This document shows positions 28,512-39,059 of a stretch of 64,000 nucleotides of DNA, in pieces. A program made the translations under genes and the position numbers. Under the pieces are notes generated by a model. That model was not told the DNA's origin. It ran no database searches and saw only the letters and a program-made list of their open reading frames with translations. Origin of the DNA: an uncultured Pseudobdellovibrio sp. (GTDB taxonomy: Bacteria > Bdellovibrionota > Bdellovibrionia > Bdellovibrionales > Bdellovibrionaceae); assembly GCA_966250225.1 (NCBI GenBank), contig CBINGM010000004.1, positions 86,457 to 150,456 of the forward strand, written 5' to 3'. Every line of letters begins with the position of its first letter. Position 1 is the first letter of the stretch.

Positions 28512-29189
28512 TTATTTTAAATGCTGAAAAATATTAAAAAAAGTAAAAACGCAATATAACCCGATGCTGCTAAGAACCGGCATCGTAAAGTTATCATCAA
28601 TCTTAGCTACCGGAACTAATTCCGCTAAAGCGCCGATTAAACCGGCGATCAAGCTTACCACTAAGATATAATCGCTGATATTTTTAAAGTATAAGTAAGC
28701 AAAGGTAGCGATAAAACAAACAACGTACGCCGCTACAAAACCTTGAACCGATTTATGGCCAAAGATTTTATCTTTACCATAACGAATTCCCACATAACTT
28801 GCGATCGGGTCAGCAAAAGCTAAGAACAATAAACTTAAACCCACGATCTCAACCGGAAATAATAAGCCGATAAAAATCACACCCGTTAAAAGGTATGTTG
28901 TACCGGCCGGACGATCGAGTTCATTTTTACGCATAATTGGGCGAAACCAACGCGTAAGAATGCGATTTAACTGAGGATTGTATAAACGAATCAAATCAGG
29001 CGGAACAAATAAAAACCACCCTAAGATCAACAAACCCATGCTGATCCAGTACGGAAGAAACGTCCAACCTAAAAAGAAGATCGTAACGCCAGTCATATGC
29101 CAGATTTTACGCGCGATATGAACGTCGGAACGTTTTTTAAATTCGCCTTCGTAGCTGTTTAAATTTTGAGAGCTTTGAGTGTTATTCAC
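28512..29189 (-). CDS. Diacylglycerol/polyprenol kinase (CTP_transf_1 / SEC59-like) membrane protein
   Basis: RKIWH, FADPIASYVG, KSVQG, DDNFTMP; multiple TM helices. Confidence 0.85.
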   Translation of the reverse strand: MNNTQSSQNLNSYEGEFKKRSDVHIARKIWHMTGVTIFFLGWTFLPYWISMGLLILGWFLFVPPDLIRLYNPQLNRILTRWFRPIMRKNELDRPAGTTYLLTGVIFIGLLFPVEIVGLSLLFLAFADPIASYVGIRYGKDKIFGHKSVQGFVAAYVVCFIATFAYLYFKNISDYILVVSLIAGLIGALAELVPVAKIDDNFTMPVLSSIGLYCVFTFFNIFQHLK

Positions 29190-29256
29190 AACCGCATAAA
29201 ATTATGTAAAGCAAGCGGCCCTGTCACCCAAAAAAGGGTCTAAAATAGCGAATAGC

Positions 29257-29787
29257 TTACTCAATCCGCTGAATTTTGAAGATTTGTAGTTTTTTTTGCC
29301 CGTCGTTTAGGCTGATTTCAAATTGAAGCTGATTTAAGCCTTTATCTAACTGAATAAAATCAGAGTTAAATTCGGCCTTATTCAGCTTAAATAATTGGGC
29401 ATTGTACCCATTTGTTGTGTTAATCAGTTCGATTTTTTTGAACTGCGATAAAGCCGTATTACAGCGCGAAAGTTTTAAAATTACATGGTCTGAAGAAACA
29501 CTGGCCGAAACCAGTTTTGTATTATCGACTAAAAGATCGTGGCAATCTAACTTCAATGTCGTTTCAAATGGTGTGGGCTTTTTAACTTCTTCTAACGCAA
29601 AAAAAGTGGGTTCTTCTTTGACGATTTCAACAGGTCGGATCGAAGCCGGTGTACGGCTTGAAAAATTTTGCATCGTCACTTGATGGCTCGGCTTAAAAAT
29701 ATAATAGCCGCTCACGACTGATGTCACCATCAGGCAGAACATAGCCACGATTATACTTTTATGTCGGCGTCGAAGTTTTTTGATCAC
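29257..29787 (-). CDS. Hypothetical membrane-anchored protein
   Basis: GTG start, N-terminal TM helix, RTPAS motif; preceded by a sigma28-like promoter. Confidence 0.7.
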   Translation of the reverse strand: MIKKLRRRHKSIIVAMFCLMVTSVVSGYYIFKPSHQVTMQNFSSRTPASIRPVEIVKEEPTFFALEEVKKPTPFETTLKLDCHDLLVDNTKLVSASVSSDHVILKLSRCNTALSQFKKIELINTTNGYNAQLFKLNKAEFNSDFIQLDKGLNQLQFEISLNDGQKKLQIFKIQRIE

Positions 29788-29793
29788 AACTTC

Positions 29794-29821
29794 TTATCGG
29801 TTTTGGTCTGGTTGAAATTGA
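29794..29821 (-). promoter_or_regulatory. sigma28 (FliA)-like promoter
   Basis: Minus strand TCAA-N16-ACCGATAA; the flanking CCGATAAGAAGT is shared with the 21222 promoter. Confidence 0.55.
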
Positions 29822-29967
29822 ACAACCATTGAGGAATTGTTCTTCATGCACCGTCTCGAAATAAAACAAACCCAGACTTAAAATGCCCCATTCTGGGACA
29901 ATTGACTCGGTACTTCGATTTGCTCCTAAAAATTCGGTTACAGACAAAGACAGACAAGGAGGAGTTT

Positions 29968-30558
29968 ATGACAAATAGAATTACGGCGTTTATTACCAAA
30001 ACGTTATTAGTTGTTATAACGTCATGTGCTTTATTCAGTTTCGCAGCCAACGCTCGTGATGAAGATTCAGGTTTATTAAGTATGAAAAAACCTAACATGT
30101 TTACTTCAGAATATAAACCTTACGTCGGCATCTTAGCGGGTATGACAACCCCCGAAGGCGATGGTGACGATGAAGGCGAAGTAGGTATTGATCTAGGTTA
30201 TTCACCTACAAAAGCCAACTTCATGTTAGGACTCGAATACAGTCATGCGCAATTTGACGATGTCGCCATTAACGACGAGATCGACCGTGATACTGTATTG
30301 TTAAAAGCAGTATGGGGCTTCGGAGGCCAAACAGATGCCATGTTCTTAAGAGATAGCTGGATCGGCTTAGGGGCTGGTGCAGTATTTACTGATGATGACA
30401 CTGTCGGTGTTGCTTCACCAATGATCGGTTTTGATATTCCGGTGACTAACACAGAAACCGAATATCTGACTCTAGGCTTAAATGCGCGCTACAACTTTGT
30501 CGAAGCTGATGAAGTGGATACTGGAAACATTTCTGGTGCTGTGAAGTACTGGTACTAG
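29968..30558 (+). CDS. Small outer-membrane beta-barrel protein (OmpA-like membrane domain)
   Basis: AGGAGG SD, signal peptide (ANA-R), alternating strands, C-terminal VKYWY. Confidence 0.85.
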   Translation: MTNRITAFITKTLLVVITSCALFSFAANARDEDSGLLSMKKPNMFTSEYKPYVGILAGMTTPEGDGDDEGEVGIDLGYSPTKANFMLGLEYSHAQFDDVAINDEIDRDTVLLKAVWGFGGQTDAMFLRDSWIGLGAGAVFTDDDTVGVASPMIGFDIPVTNTETEYLTLGLNARYNFVEADEVDTGNISGAVKYWY

Positions 30559-30592
30559 CGTACGGTGTATAACGCCAAATTACATTTGAATT

Positions 30593-30637
30593 AAAATAAA
30601 AAAGGGTGGTCTTGCTTAGGCCACCCTTTTTTATTTT
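30593..30637. terminator. Bidirectional intrinsic terminator
   Basis: AAAATAAAAAAGGGTGG...CCACCCTTTTTTATTTT between convergent genes. Confidence 0.85.
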
Positions 30638-30653
30638 AAATTTTTAACTGATC

Positions 30654-31058
30654 TTATTTTTTATCGATGCTGATGGCGAATTTTTTTACGCCGGCGCCTT
30701 TAACGATATCTAATACAGAAACCACGCGGCCGTGAGGCACGTCTTTATCTGCAGAAATAATCGCTTGGATATCTGGATTTTTTGCGGCTTCTTCCTGCGC
30801 TTTGGCTTGCACCTGCGCGTCTTCAACCATTTGCCCATCTAAGTTTAATTTACCATCGCTACCGATTGTAATATTTAATTTAGACGGCGTTGTGGCTTCA
30901 CCAGACGCTGCTTTTGGAAGATTCACATTGATAGACGGTTTCATAATCATCGGTGCCGTCACCATGAAGATAATCAAAACAACCAGAATAACGTCGACTA
31001 ACGGTACGACGTTGATCTCTGACATAATTTCATCGTGTTGGTCAGCTTTAAAAGCCAT
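30654..31058 (-). CDS. ExbD/TolR family biopolymer transporter
   Basis: SEINVVPLVDVILVVLIIFMVTAP, ADKDVPHGRVVSVLD. Confidence 0.95.
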   Translation of the reverse strand: MAFKADQHDEIMSEINVVPLVDVILVVLIIFMVTAPMIMKPSINVNLPKAASGEATTPSKLNITIGSDGKLNLDGQMVEDAQVQAKAQEEAAKNPDIQAIISADKDVPHGRVVSVLDIVKGAGVKKFAISIDKK

Positions 31059-31065
31059 ATATCAC

Positions 31066-31692
31066 CTATTTAGTTTTCTTTGCGTAAGCCATACCTAATT
31101 CTTTAACAGAATCAACGCTGACTAAGATTGTGCGTACTTTACGAGTAAAGTAGTTAAAGCACATACCGGCAGGGATTGCCACGAATAGACCTGCCGCTGT
31201 AGCTACTAGAGCTGTCGAGATACCGGCCATAACTGTTTGTTGGCCAGCTTCTGGAGCCATCGCTAAATCGTTAAACGCTTTCATGATACCTAGTACTGTA
31301 CCAAATAATCCGATGAAGGGTGCATTTGATGCAATTGTAGCTAATACCGGTAAGAATTTTTCTAAATCAGGTTTTTCAGTTAACACGAAAGAGTTAAACA
31401 CTTCAGAAAAACCTGCTTCGCCGTGCTGTTTAAAATGTTTCATCGCTTGGCCTGCTGCGCGGCCTTCGATTGAAGATGGATCTTTAGCAATATCTTCGAA
31501 ATCATTAACTGACCCTGATTGTAAAGCCATACGGATACGTGCGCGAACACGTTCACTTTCACTGGCAACTTTTTTTAGCGTCATGAATCTTTCGAAAATC
31601 ATGGCGATTGAGATAACGCTCATTAACACTAATACGAATAAAACAAATTGATCCGCATAATGAGCTACAGCAAATATTTTTTCAGTGAACAT
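31066..31692 (-). CDS. MotA/TolQ/ExbB proton channel family protein
   Basis: LATIASNAPFIGLFGTVLGIM, GISTALVATAAGLFVAIPA. Confidence 0.95.
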   Translation of the reverse strand: MFTEKIFAVAHYADQFVLFVLVLMSVISIAMIFERFMTLKKVASESERVRARIRMALQSGSVNDFEDIAKDPSSIEGRAAGQAMKHFKQHGEAGFSEVFNSFVLTEKPDLEKFLPVLATIASNAPFIGLFGTVLGIMKAFNDLAMAPEAGQQTVMAGISTALVATAAGLFVAIPAGMCFNYFTRKVRTILVSVDSVKELGMAYAKKTK

Positions 31693-31747
31693 GATGGCTC
31701 CTTTAATAACCTTTACATTTAGTACTTAGTCATTATGATGTTAGTTC

Positions 31748-33424
31748 ATGAGCCGGTCAAAAAATCTGAATTTTACACAATATACCAAAGTCTGGGGCAG
31801 ACCATTTTTTGTCACCGCTTTGTTTATTATGTTGTTTCTTTTCCAGACCTCGTGCCAAACAGAAACAAAAAAATCTGTGTTAATACTGGCATTTGACCAA
31901 CTTGATAATGAACGTTTGAACTGCTCTGAAGATAAAAATGACGACAACTCTGGTATTGCTTTGATTTGTAAAGAGTTCATGCGCTTTACTCACGCTTACA
32001 CAACTTCACTGCAACCGGCAGCGGCGATGGGTTCAATTTTAACCGGACAATATCCGCTAATTCACAATGTGCACCGCAGTTATGATTCTTTACAAGTGCC
32101 AATGACCACGGTGCAAGAAGCGGCTTATCACAAAGGTTACCGCACAGGTTTTTTTGCCGGCAACCCACATATTCTTAAAAAAACAGGTTTATCAAAATAC
32201 TTTGAAACTTTTGATGATTCAGCCGCAGCTCAGTATTCAAATCAAATCATTAAAGATTTTAAAATCACTTCAGATAGTTTTTTAGACTGGCAAAAAGAAG
32301 ACAGCACACCGTTTTTTGCTGTGATCACTAACTCAGAAATCGAAGCCTTAAACGAACAAGACACTTCGACAACAAATATCGAAAAGCTCGATGAAAAACT
32401 TTTTAATTTTATTAACGAATTAAAACATCGCGGCATCTGGGATAAAACCTATGTGTATGTGGTGGGTCTTCGCGGCGGTAATAACTATAACCGTTTAAAT
32501 GAAACACCTTTTTTAAATCTTCACTCTGAAAACACGCTGGTTTCATTATTGATTAAACCACCACGCATGTCGGGCGATGAAGGTATTTCGTGGAAAAACG
32601 ATACTCCGATCACTTTGGCTGACATCGGGCACACGCTAAAAAGTTTTTTTGGTGCTGATGAGCCTTCAGCATTAGAGGGCTTTCCGTTGTTAAATTTAAC
32701 GCCGTTTTACAGTGAAGCTTCGGCCGATAGCAAAACGAATCCCCGTTATCTTTTAGTTGAAGCCGCTAACGCTTGGATTAAAAAGCCGCTTCAATTAAAT
32801 TTTGCCGTGATTACACCGACTTTACTGATCATTGATCGCAAAGAAGAAACCGAAGTCTTTAGCTTAGCGACTGATAAATTTGAAGTAGTTAACCTGTACA
32901 AAAAAAATAGTGAACAAGATATTCCAAGCCCGCGCCGTTTGTTTGTAACAAGCATTATACCACCTGCCGATAACGGAATGACATTAGCTAAAGATTATTT
33001 AAAAAATACTTTACCCGCTGCCGATTTTTTCTCGGTGAAAATTGCAGAAACACATCCGCTTTATTTGTACTGGTTAAACCAGCAATTAAAAGCTAAGCAG
33101 ATTGAAAAAATGGATTTAACTAAGCTTGATATGGCTTATAGCGGTTGTTTAAATTTAATTAGCAAACCACCCGTGGTGATTTCGCAGCTTAAATCTTGCC
33201 ATGATAGTTTATTCGTTGATTATTTAAAATATAAACATGCTCCACAGTTTGATTTAAACACTGAAAAAACAAAGCTTGCTTACGAGTTAAACCGTAAAAA
33301 ATACTTTGAAGAAATTAAAATCGCTAACTGGAATTTAGCTATGGAAAATATCTGGGGCTTATATGAACCGAATAAAACCTGGTATCACCCGTTGATCTTC
33401 GTTGATCCAAATTTTGTACAGTAA
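31748..33424 (+). CDS. Sulfatase-like / alkaline phosphatase superfamily protein with degenerate active site
   Basis: FTHAYTTS...SILTGQYP, GYRTGFF, FETFDD, ITLADIGHTL; N-terminal TM/lipobox-like segment. Confidence 0.7.
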   Translation: MSRSKNLNFTQYTKVWGRPFFVTALFIMLFLFQTSCQTETKKSVLILAFDQLDNERLNCSEDKNDDNSGIALICKEFMRFTHAYTTSLQPAAAMGSILTGQYPLIHNVHRSYDSLQVPMTTVQEAAYHKGYRTGFFAGNPHILKKTGLSKYFETFDDSAAAQYSNQIIKDFKITSDSFLDWQKEDSTPFFAVITNSEIEALNEQDTSTTNIEKLDEKLFNFINELKHRGIWDKTYVYVVGLRGGNNYNRLNETPFLNLHSENTLVSLLIKPPRMSGDEGISWKNDTPITLADIGHTLKSFFGADEPSALEGFPLLNLTPFYSEASADSKTNPRYLLVEAANAWIKKPLQLNFAVITPTLLIIDRKEETEVFSLATDKFEVVNLYKKNSEQDIPSPRRLFVTSIIPPADNGMTLAKDYLKNTLPAADFFSVKIAETHPLYLYWLNQQLKAKQIEKMDLTKLDMAYSGCLNLISKPPVVISQLKSCHDSLFVDYLKYKHAPQFDLNTEKTKLAYELNRKKYFEEIKIANWNLAMENIWGLYEPNKTWYHPLIFVDPNFVQ

Positions 33425-33433
33425 ATTTATTGC

Positions 33434-34012
33434 TTAATCAAACTGGCTGACTGTCGTTGACCAATAGGTATTCTGGTCAAACTTAGAACTGATCTGAATT
33501 GACGACAGATCACGTGTTGAAACAGACGTGCACTTAATATCCACTTCACGCTCAATGCCTAAAAGATCTGTCGGAAGTAAGACTAAGTCGTCTAAAAATC
33601 CGCCTGATTCAAACATCAAAAACTTTTTATCTTTCTTTTCTGCCGTAAAAGCAAAACGACCGACTGAACCAAGGCTAATTTCTTTATTGTGTTTATAACA
33701 AATCGCAATCTCAAAACCTTGCGAATATTTTTCTTTGTTATCAATGTATAAAGCTTCGTTGGCCAGCAACAAGGCTACGCGCACTTTATTTGAAAGTGAC
33801 GATAAACTTTCGATATAATCAAACGGTGTTGTAACTTCTAAGTCCGCATCAGCTGCCGAAAGATAACGTAGAATTTCATCGACGGCTTTTTGTTCGGCTT
33901 CAGGGCCACTCCATAAACGAATACACACTAACAGATTGTCATTTAAAAGGCTGTGAACATGCGTTTGTGGAAATTTCTGCTGGCCGTTATGCGAACTGAC
34001 TTTTGATTTCAT
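33434..34012 (-). CDS. Hypothetical protein resembling a degenerate PP2C/SpoIIE phosphatase fold
   Basis: ALLLANEALY...GFEIAICYKHNKEISLGSVGR parallels PP2C AF..AN...GTT.......L.VAHVGDSR, but without the Asp residues. Confidence 0.55.
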   Translation of the reverse strand: MKSKVSSHNGQQKFPQTHVHSLLNDNLLVCIRLWSGPEAEQKAVDEILRYLSAADADLEVTTPFDYIESLSSLSNKVRVALLLANEALYIDNKEKYSQGFEIAICYKHNKEISLGSVGRFAFTAEKKDKKFLMFESGGFLDDLVLLPTDLLGIEREVDIKCTSVSTRDLSSIQISSKFDQNTYWSTTVSQFD

Positions 34013-34014
34013 GA

Positions 34015-36096
34015 CTAGAAAACTCCGTAACGTCTAAGTTTAATGAAGGCCTTACGGTAGTAATCACCATCTTCAAGATCAATTTCGATAATTTTTTTCC
34101 ATTTATCTTTGGCGCCCGGTCTATTATCAGAGCCATCGACGTAACCGAAATTTTCATCGATGATAGATTCTTGGTACATCACTTTAACCTGATTTCTTAA
34201 ATCATTCGAATAACGTTCGATCTTATCTTTGATCGTTTGGTTATCGGGATCAAACAACAAGGCGGCACGTAAAGCCATAATACCTTCTTTAAGTTTTCCG
34301 TCTTTCAGGTAAACTTCGGCGCTGCTGATATTGTTTTGATTACGCTCTTCTAATTTTTTTTCGATAAACTTAATACGTTGTTTTGAAATATCTTTATAAC
34401 CGTCTGGATCCGGTAAATCGCTGGCTAAAACTTCGTTATAAGCTTTGATCGCTTTTTTCGGAAAACCCGTTTTATGAACTTCTTCAGCACGTTCAAAGAT
34501 AGCCTTCATATCTTCGCGCTGTTGTTTAGCAACACGTTCAGCGTCTTCTTTAGCTTGGCGGTCAGCAATCGTTTGACGAACTTTGCTAATCATTCTTTCG
34601 GCGTCAGCATTTGTTGGATCATTGATTGTTACTGGCGCTAAACACTCTTGCAAACCTTCAGGTGTTGTTTCTGGCACAATTGATTTTTCACACTTCTCTA
34701 AAGTGGATTTAATTAATGCCTGCAGTTCGGCCTGTTCCTTATCGCGGCGTTCAGTTTCTTGTTGTGTTAACAGAGTTTGTTCACCGTTTAAGGCTTCAGC
34801 TTCATAAAGTTTAGAATCTTTATACCCTAAAGGTAAAAGTTTATGAATATTATCTAAGTTTTCTTTAGCAATCGTAAATGCCTGCTGACGTAAAGCTTTT
34901 TCGGCGTTGTTATACCAGAGACTGATATTTTCACGTTCTTCAGGTTTTAAACGCGATAAAGGATCATCCGGATTAAACGCCTGCTGCTGGGCTACTTTTT
35001 GTGGAGCAGGTTCGTTTAACATTTCACTTAAGAAATACATACCCACCAGAAAAAGTGCGACGACAGAATAAAAAACCGGTTTGTTATTTTTGAAACGAGT
35101 CCAAGCTTGTTTGATCGGGCTTGGTGGCGGGCCTTGTTGTTCAGGTGCTGCGCCCTCTTGACCTTGCATGGTGTAATAGTCGCCTTGCATTTGGCCTGGA
35201 GGCATACCCGTAAACGGTGAACCATCCGGGTTTAATTGATCTTGATAGTAACCTTGATCAATTTCCTGCGGATAATTCATATCCTGATTCGGATCGTATT
35301 CTTCTTCGTAAGGTACTTCTTCAAGAGGAACTTCTTCAATAACGTCATCTACACCTGCGCCACCCATTTGCAGTGGCGGAACCTCGATGCGCTCCATACG
35401 GTACTGAAAGTTCGGATCATGAAGTTCGAAATACATCGTATTATCAAGAACTGTAATCGCATCGCCTGATTTTAAAGGCTGTGGATCAGTGCTTGAAATC
35501 GGTGAACCGTTTAAGAAAGTTCCGTTCACACTTGTTAAATCGATAATCGTGTAAATACCGTTAATTTTTCTGACTTCAAATTGACGACGAGAAACACGTT
35601 GATCAGGAATAATAATTTGGCACGAAGGATCGCGGCCCGCAGCCCACACATCGCCCACTTCTAAACGAAGCATTTCGCGCACTTGGCCGTCAGACGACAT
35701 CATTTTGATGTACGGCACTTGTTGAGCCACACCGATCACGGTGCGCTCATTCTCACCGGCTTCCGGCATTTCACTCGCATTCACTGAATCACTGACTGAA
35801 TCAGGAACATCACTTAATATAAATTCATAAGGTGGAATTTGAAAAACTTGGCCATGCTCAAGAGGCGTTGATTCAACCCGCTGGCCCATAGAGAAAATTT
35901 CGCCGAAACGTGATAACGACGTTAAAACCCAACGGCCTTCTTCAAATTTTAATTTGAAATGTTCGCGCGAGATTCCTTTTTCAGGTTGCAAACGGATATC
36001 ACAACTTTCCTTACGCCCACCCACGTATTCACGGTCCGGGCTAAGGTTTAAGTCACTGATCTGTGCTCCCCTTAGTAATACTTTTAATCTCGACAT
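34015..36096 (-). CDS. Protein with two FHA domains, a TM helix and a TPR-like/coiled periplasmic region
   Basis: GGRKESCDI...ISREHF; GRDPSCQI...VSRRQF...SVNGTFLNG; TM segment VFYSVVALFLVGMYFL. Confidence 0.88.
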   Translation of the reverse strand: MSRLKVLLRGAQISDLNLSPDREYVGGRKESCDIRLQPEKGISREHFKLKFEEGRWVLTSLSRFGEIFSMGQRVESTPLEHGQVFQIPPYEFILSDVPDSVSDSVNASEMPEAGENERTVIGVAQQVPYIKMMSSDGQVREMLRLEVGDVWAAGRDPSCQIIIPDQRVSRRQFEVRKINGIYTIIDLTSVNGTFLNGSPISSTDPQPLKSGDAITVLDNTMYFELHDPNFQYRMERIEVPPLQMGGAGVDDVIEEVPLEEVPYEEEYDPNQDMNYPQEIDQGYYQDQLNPDGSPFTGMPPGQMQGDYYTMQGQEGAAPEQQGPPPSPIKQAWTRFKNNKPVFYSVVALFLVGMYFLSEMLNEPAPQKVAQQQAFNPDDPLSRLKPEERENISLWYNNAEKALRQQAFTIAKENLDNIHKLLPLGYKDSKLYEAEALNGEQTLLTQQETERRDKEQAELQALIKSTLEKCEKSIVPETTPEGLQECLAPVTINDPTNADAERMISKVRQTIADRQAKEDAERVAKQQREDMKAIFERAEEVHKTGFPKKAIKAYNEVLASDLPDPDGYKDISKQRIKFIEKKLEERNQNNISSAEVYLKDGKLKEGIMALRAALLFDPDNQTIKDKIERYSNDLRNQVKVMYQESIIDENFGYVDGSDNRPGAKDKWKKIIEIDLEDGDYYRKAFIKLRRYGVF

Positions 36097-36109
36097 CTAA
36101 CGATTTTCC

Positions 36110-37375
36110 TTATCGAATTCCCTCAGCGGCCAGACCACATTTTTCTGACATGCTTTGGGCAGTTTGATAACTTTGATCGTTGTTTTTTCCCTGAAGCATA
36201 ATCAAAACTTGCTGGTACATCGCCTGGCACATTTTAAAATTATGCTTCTGATAATAACTTTCTCCAAGTGCTAATTTTGCTTTTACGATTTCATCGAAGC
36301 GAATTTTAGCTAAGTATAAATGACGGCGGGCCATCACATGACTTGCATCTAAGTTTAACACCACCTGAAAAAAGTCTAGGGCGCGCGTGTAATTACCTAA
36401 TTGATAATCGCGCATGCCTTTTTGAAAGTTCTCTTCAACACGTAAATTGGTCGGCGACATCTTTTGTTCAAGTTTGGCCTTACGCTTTTGGTCCAGTTCT
36501 TTTTCAGCGACCGAATTTTGCTTAAGAAGATATTCATCTTCGTATTTCAAAGTCGATTTAATTTCATTCGACTGCGGCTTTTTCGGCTCTTCAGTATTTA
36601 ACCAATAAACTAGACCTAAGACTAACGCTCCAACGATTAAATAAAAACGCGCTTTTGGATTAGCTAATAATCCACCACCGCTATTAGCTTGCGAAGATGC
36701 TGCCGGACGTGGTGCTGCCATTCCCATTTCTGGAATAAATTGCGGCCCCATTTGTTGATTCGGTCGCGGCATCATTTGTCCTTGCGGACCTGGTCTTCCC
36801 GGTTGCATCTGACCGCGCGCTTGCACTTGCCCCTGGCGATTTGCAGGAACTTGCTGACGATTCGCTGGAGGCGGCATCGGTCGCTTGCGCGGCGCTTGTT
36901 GTAGCTGCGGTGAAACCGGTGGCGCTTTTTTCGCTTGCGGCTGCGGTGTTGCATTCGGTGCTGGCGGCGGATTCAAATCTAATCCCGCAGGCACAGCTGG
37001 TAAATCCATGCGCACTAACTGCGGCCCTGGCGTCATCGGTGTTAATTTTTCAATTTCAAAGGCGATTTGAATTTCAGTATCACCCAATATAAAAGTTGAA
37101 TCGTTGATCAGCTTCCATTTTTGAATTTCTTCTGATCCCACCATCACTTTATTTTTCTTCGATAAATTGATGATCTCGATATCTTGGCCAACCACCTGAA
37201 GTCTTGCATGCTGACGGCTGATTTGCGGGTCATTAATTAAAACGACCTCATTCTCTGGGCCACGACCCACAGTAAATGAGCTCTTTGAAAGGTGAAAAGA
37301 CTGCCCTTCGTGCGGTCCTTTCAGCACTTTCAATTTAATCTGAACTGCGGGTTGTAGCTTTTCAGCCGTTGACAT
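36110..37375 (-). CDS. FHA domain, Pro/Gln-rich linker, TM helix and TPR protein
   Basis: VGRGPENEV...ISRQHARL; TPR-like FQKGMRDYQLGNYTRALDFF. Confidence 0.88.
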   Translation of the reverse strand: MSTAEKLQPAVQIKLKVLKGPHEGQSFHLSKSSFTVGRGPENEVVLINDPQISRQHARLQVVGQDIEIINLSKKNKVMVGSEEIQKWKLINDSTFILGDTEIQIAFEIEKLTPMTPGPQLVRMDLPAVPAGLDLNPPPAPNATPQPQAKKAPPVSPQLQQAPRKRPMPPPANRQQVPANRQGQVQARGQMQPGRPGPQGQMMPRPNQQMGPQFIPEMGMAAPRPAASSQANSGGGLLANPKARFYLIVGALVLGLVYWLNTEEPKKPQSNEIKSTLKYEDEYLLKQNSVAEKELDQKRKAKLEQKMSPTNLRVEENFQKGMRDYQLGNYTRALDFFQVVLNLDASHVMARRHLYLAKIRFDEIVKAKLALGESYYQKHNFKMCQAMYQQVLIMLQGKNNDQSYQTAQSMSEKCGLAAEGIR

Positions 37376-37385
37376 TGCTTAAACC

Positions 37386-39059
37386 TTACTCCTGATTCAC
37401 CTTAGATAAACTTACAAAGAAGTACTCTGGTGCTCCGGCACTGTCTAAAAACGCTTGTAAATTAATTTCGCACTCAAATTGCGAGAACGGAATTTTATCT
37501 CTATGCGTTTCATAAACAGATTCTTTTGCACGCGCGATTAAACTTTCAATATTTTGCACCATCGCAGGGTCTACAATCGTATTGTAGTTTTGCGATACTA
37601 ACGCTTCTGGCGATGTTTGCACCAGTGTTGCAAATTGATGGTTACATGAAACCACCGAACCATTCACATTAATCACCGCCGCAGGTTGCGTGATCATATT
37701 GACCATTTGTGAAAATTCCACATCGCGGTTTTGTGTAGGCTTCATATTTTCTGAATCGCTTAAACCATTCCATAGACGGTTTAAAAGTAAATTCACATTC
37801 GCTACAGTTTTTTGTAACTCTGGATAATCAAAGGCCACTTCAGTGCGATCTGTTTTTTCACGCAAGGCCGTATCAATTTGTTTGTTCAATGCACGTAATG
37901 GAAATTCGATTAAGCGTGCAAATAATAGATATAAAGCAATACCAAATAAAGCTGAGATAACTAATGTCTGCATGAATAAACTAACCACGCGGCCATCATC
38001 TACATTTAATGAACTCACATCATAAAATACGATAGCTACATATTTAACAGCTGTTTCACCCGATAAAGGATCGTAAGCTGCAATCGGATGACTTGCACCG
38101 ATAGTGTTGTCATCAACTTGGGCGGCCATTGCGCGCGGTTCTTTACGCGCTTGAATGACGAAGCCTTTAGACATATCACGGCCCACTTTTTCAGTTGGAG
38201 CAACAATAGCCCCGTCAGATTGTTGGATAATGATCGCTTCTTTAATACCATCTTCTTTTAAAGCTTCGCTGACATTTAAGTTATTTAATTGTCCTGACAA
38301 TAAAGCCTGCTCATTAATACGAGCCATCGCACGCGCCACACTTTTCGCGCGTTTTGAAGCTTCATTAAAGTTTGATTCTTTTAAAATAGTTGTCAGAGGA
38401 AAGATCGATGCCATTGTGACAAACACCACAAACAGAATCATCATACCCATTAACACTTGTTTAAATGGAAACACCACCGACATTTTATAAAATACCGGCA
38501 TCACTACATTTTCCATGTAGTCATCAATGCGTTCACCCAATGTTTTTTGCGGTTCAACAGCTGCACCAAAGTTATTTTGCTGTGGTGGCACACCTTGAAG
38601 CGGTGGCATTTGCTGCTGATATTGAGCTTGCATCGCAGCTCCACCTTGCATCGGAAATGCAGGAGGTTGCTGATACATCTGCTGTGGTGGCATATGTCTT
38701 GGTGGTGCTGGCGGACGAGGGCGCGGCGCTAACGGACGCGGTGCCGGAGCTGATGGTTTTGGACGAATATCCGGAGACGGAATCACATCCATAATCACAT
38801 CGAACACGCTGACTTTATCACCTAATTTAATAATTGAATTCTGAATTTTTACGCCGTTAACGAATGTTCCGTTACTTGATTTTAAATCAACCACGATCAC
38901 TTTATCTTTATAGACGTGAATCTCGCAGTGCTCTTTCGAAATACCGCCTGAGGTGATTTTAAAATCACAGCTCATACCACGACCTAACAGGTTTTTTCCC
39001 ATCTTTAAATCAAAGATCTGTCCGGTTTGTGGGCCGGACAATACTCTAACTGACCACAT
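37386..39059 (-). CDS. FHA domain membrane protein with periplasmic, HAMP-like and PAS-like regions
   Basis: LGRGMSCD...ISKEH...SSNGTFVNG; two TM helices; PLRALNKQI; PAAVIN...CNHQF. Confidence 0.85.
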   Translation of the reverse strand: MWSVRVLSGPQTGQIFDLKMGKNLLGRGMSCDFKITSGGISKEHCEIHVYKDKVIVVDLKSSNGTFVNGVKIQNSIIKLGDKVSVFDVIMDVIPSPDIRPKPSAPAPRPLAPRPRPPAPPRHMPPQQMYQQPPAFPMQGGAAMQAQYQQQMPPLQGVPPQQNNFGAAVEPQKTLGERIDDYMENVVMPVFYKMSVVFPFKQVLMGMMILFVVFVTMASIFPLTTILKESNFNEASKRAKSVARAMARINEQALLSGQLNNLNVSEALKEDGIKEAIIIQQSDGAIVAPTEKVGRDMSKGFVIQARKEPRAMAAQVDDNTIGASHPIAAYDPLSGETAVKYVAIVFYDVSSLNVDDGRVVSLFMQTLVISALFGIALYLLFARLIEFPLRALNKQIDTALREKTDRTEVAFDYPELQKTVANVNLLLNRLWNGLSDSENMKPTQNRDVEFSQMVNMITQPAAVINVNGSVVSCNHQFATLVQTSPEALVSQNYNTIVDPAMVQNIESLIARAKESVYETHRDKIPFSQFECEINLQAFLDSAGAPEYFFVSLSKVNQE

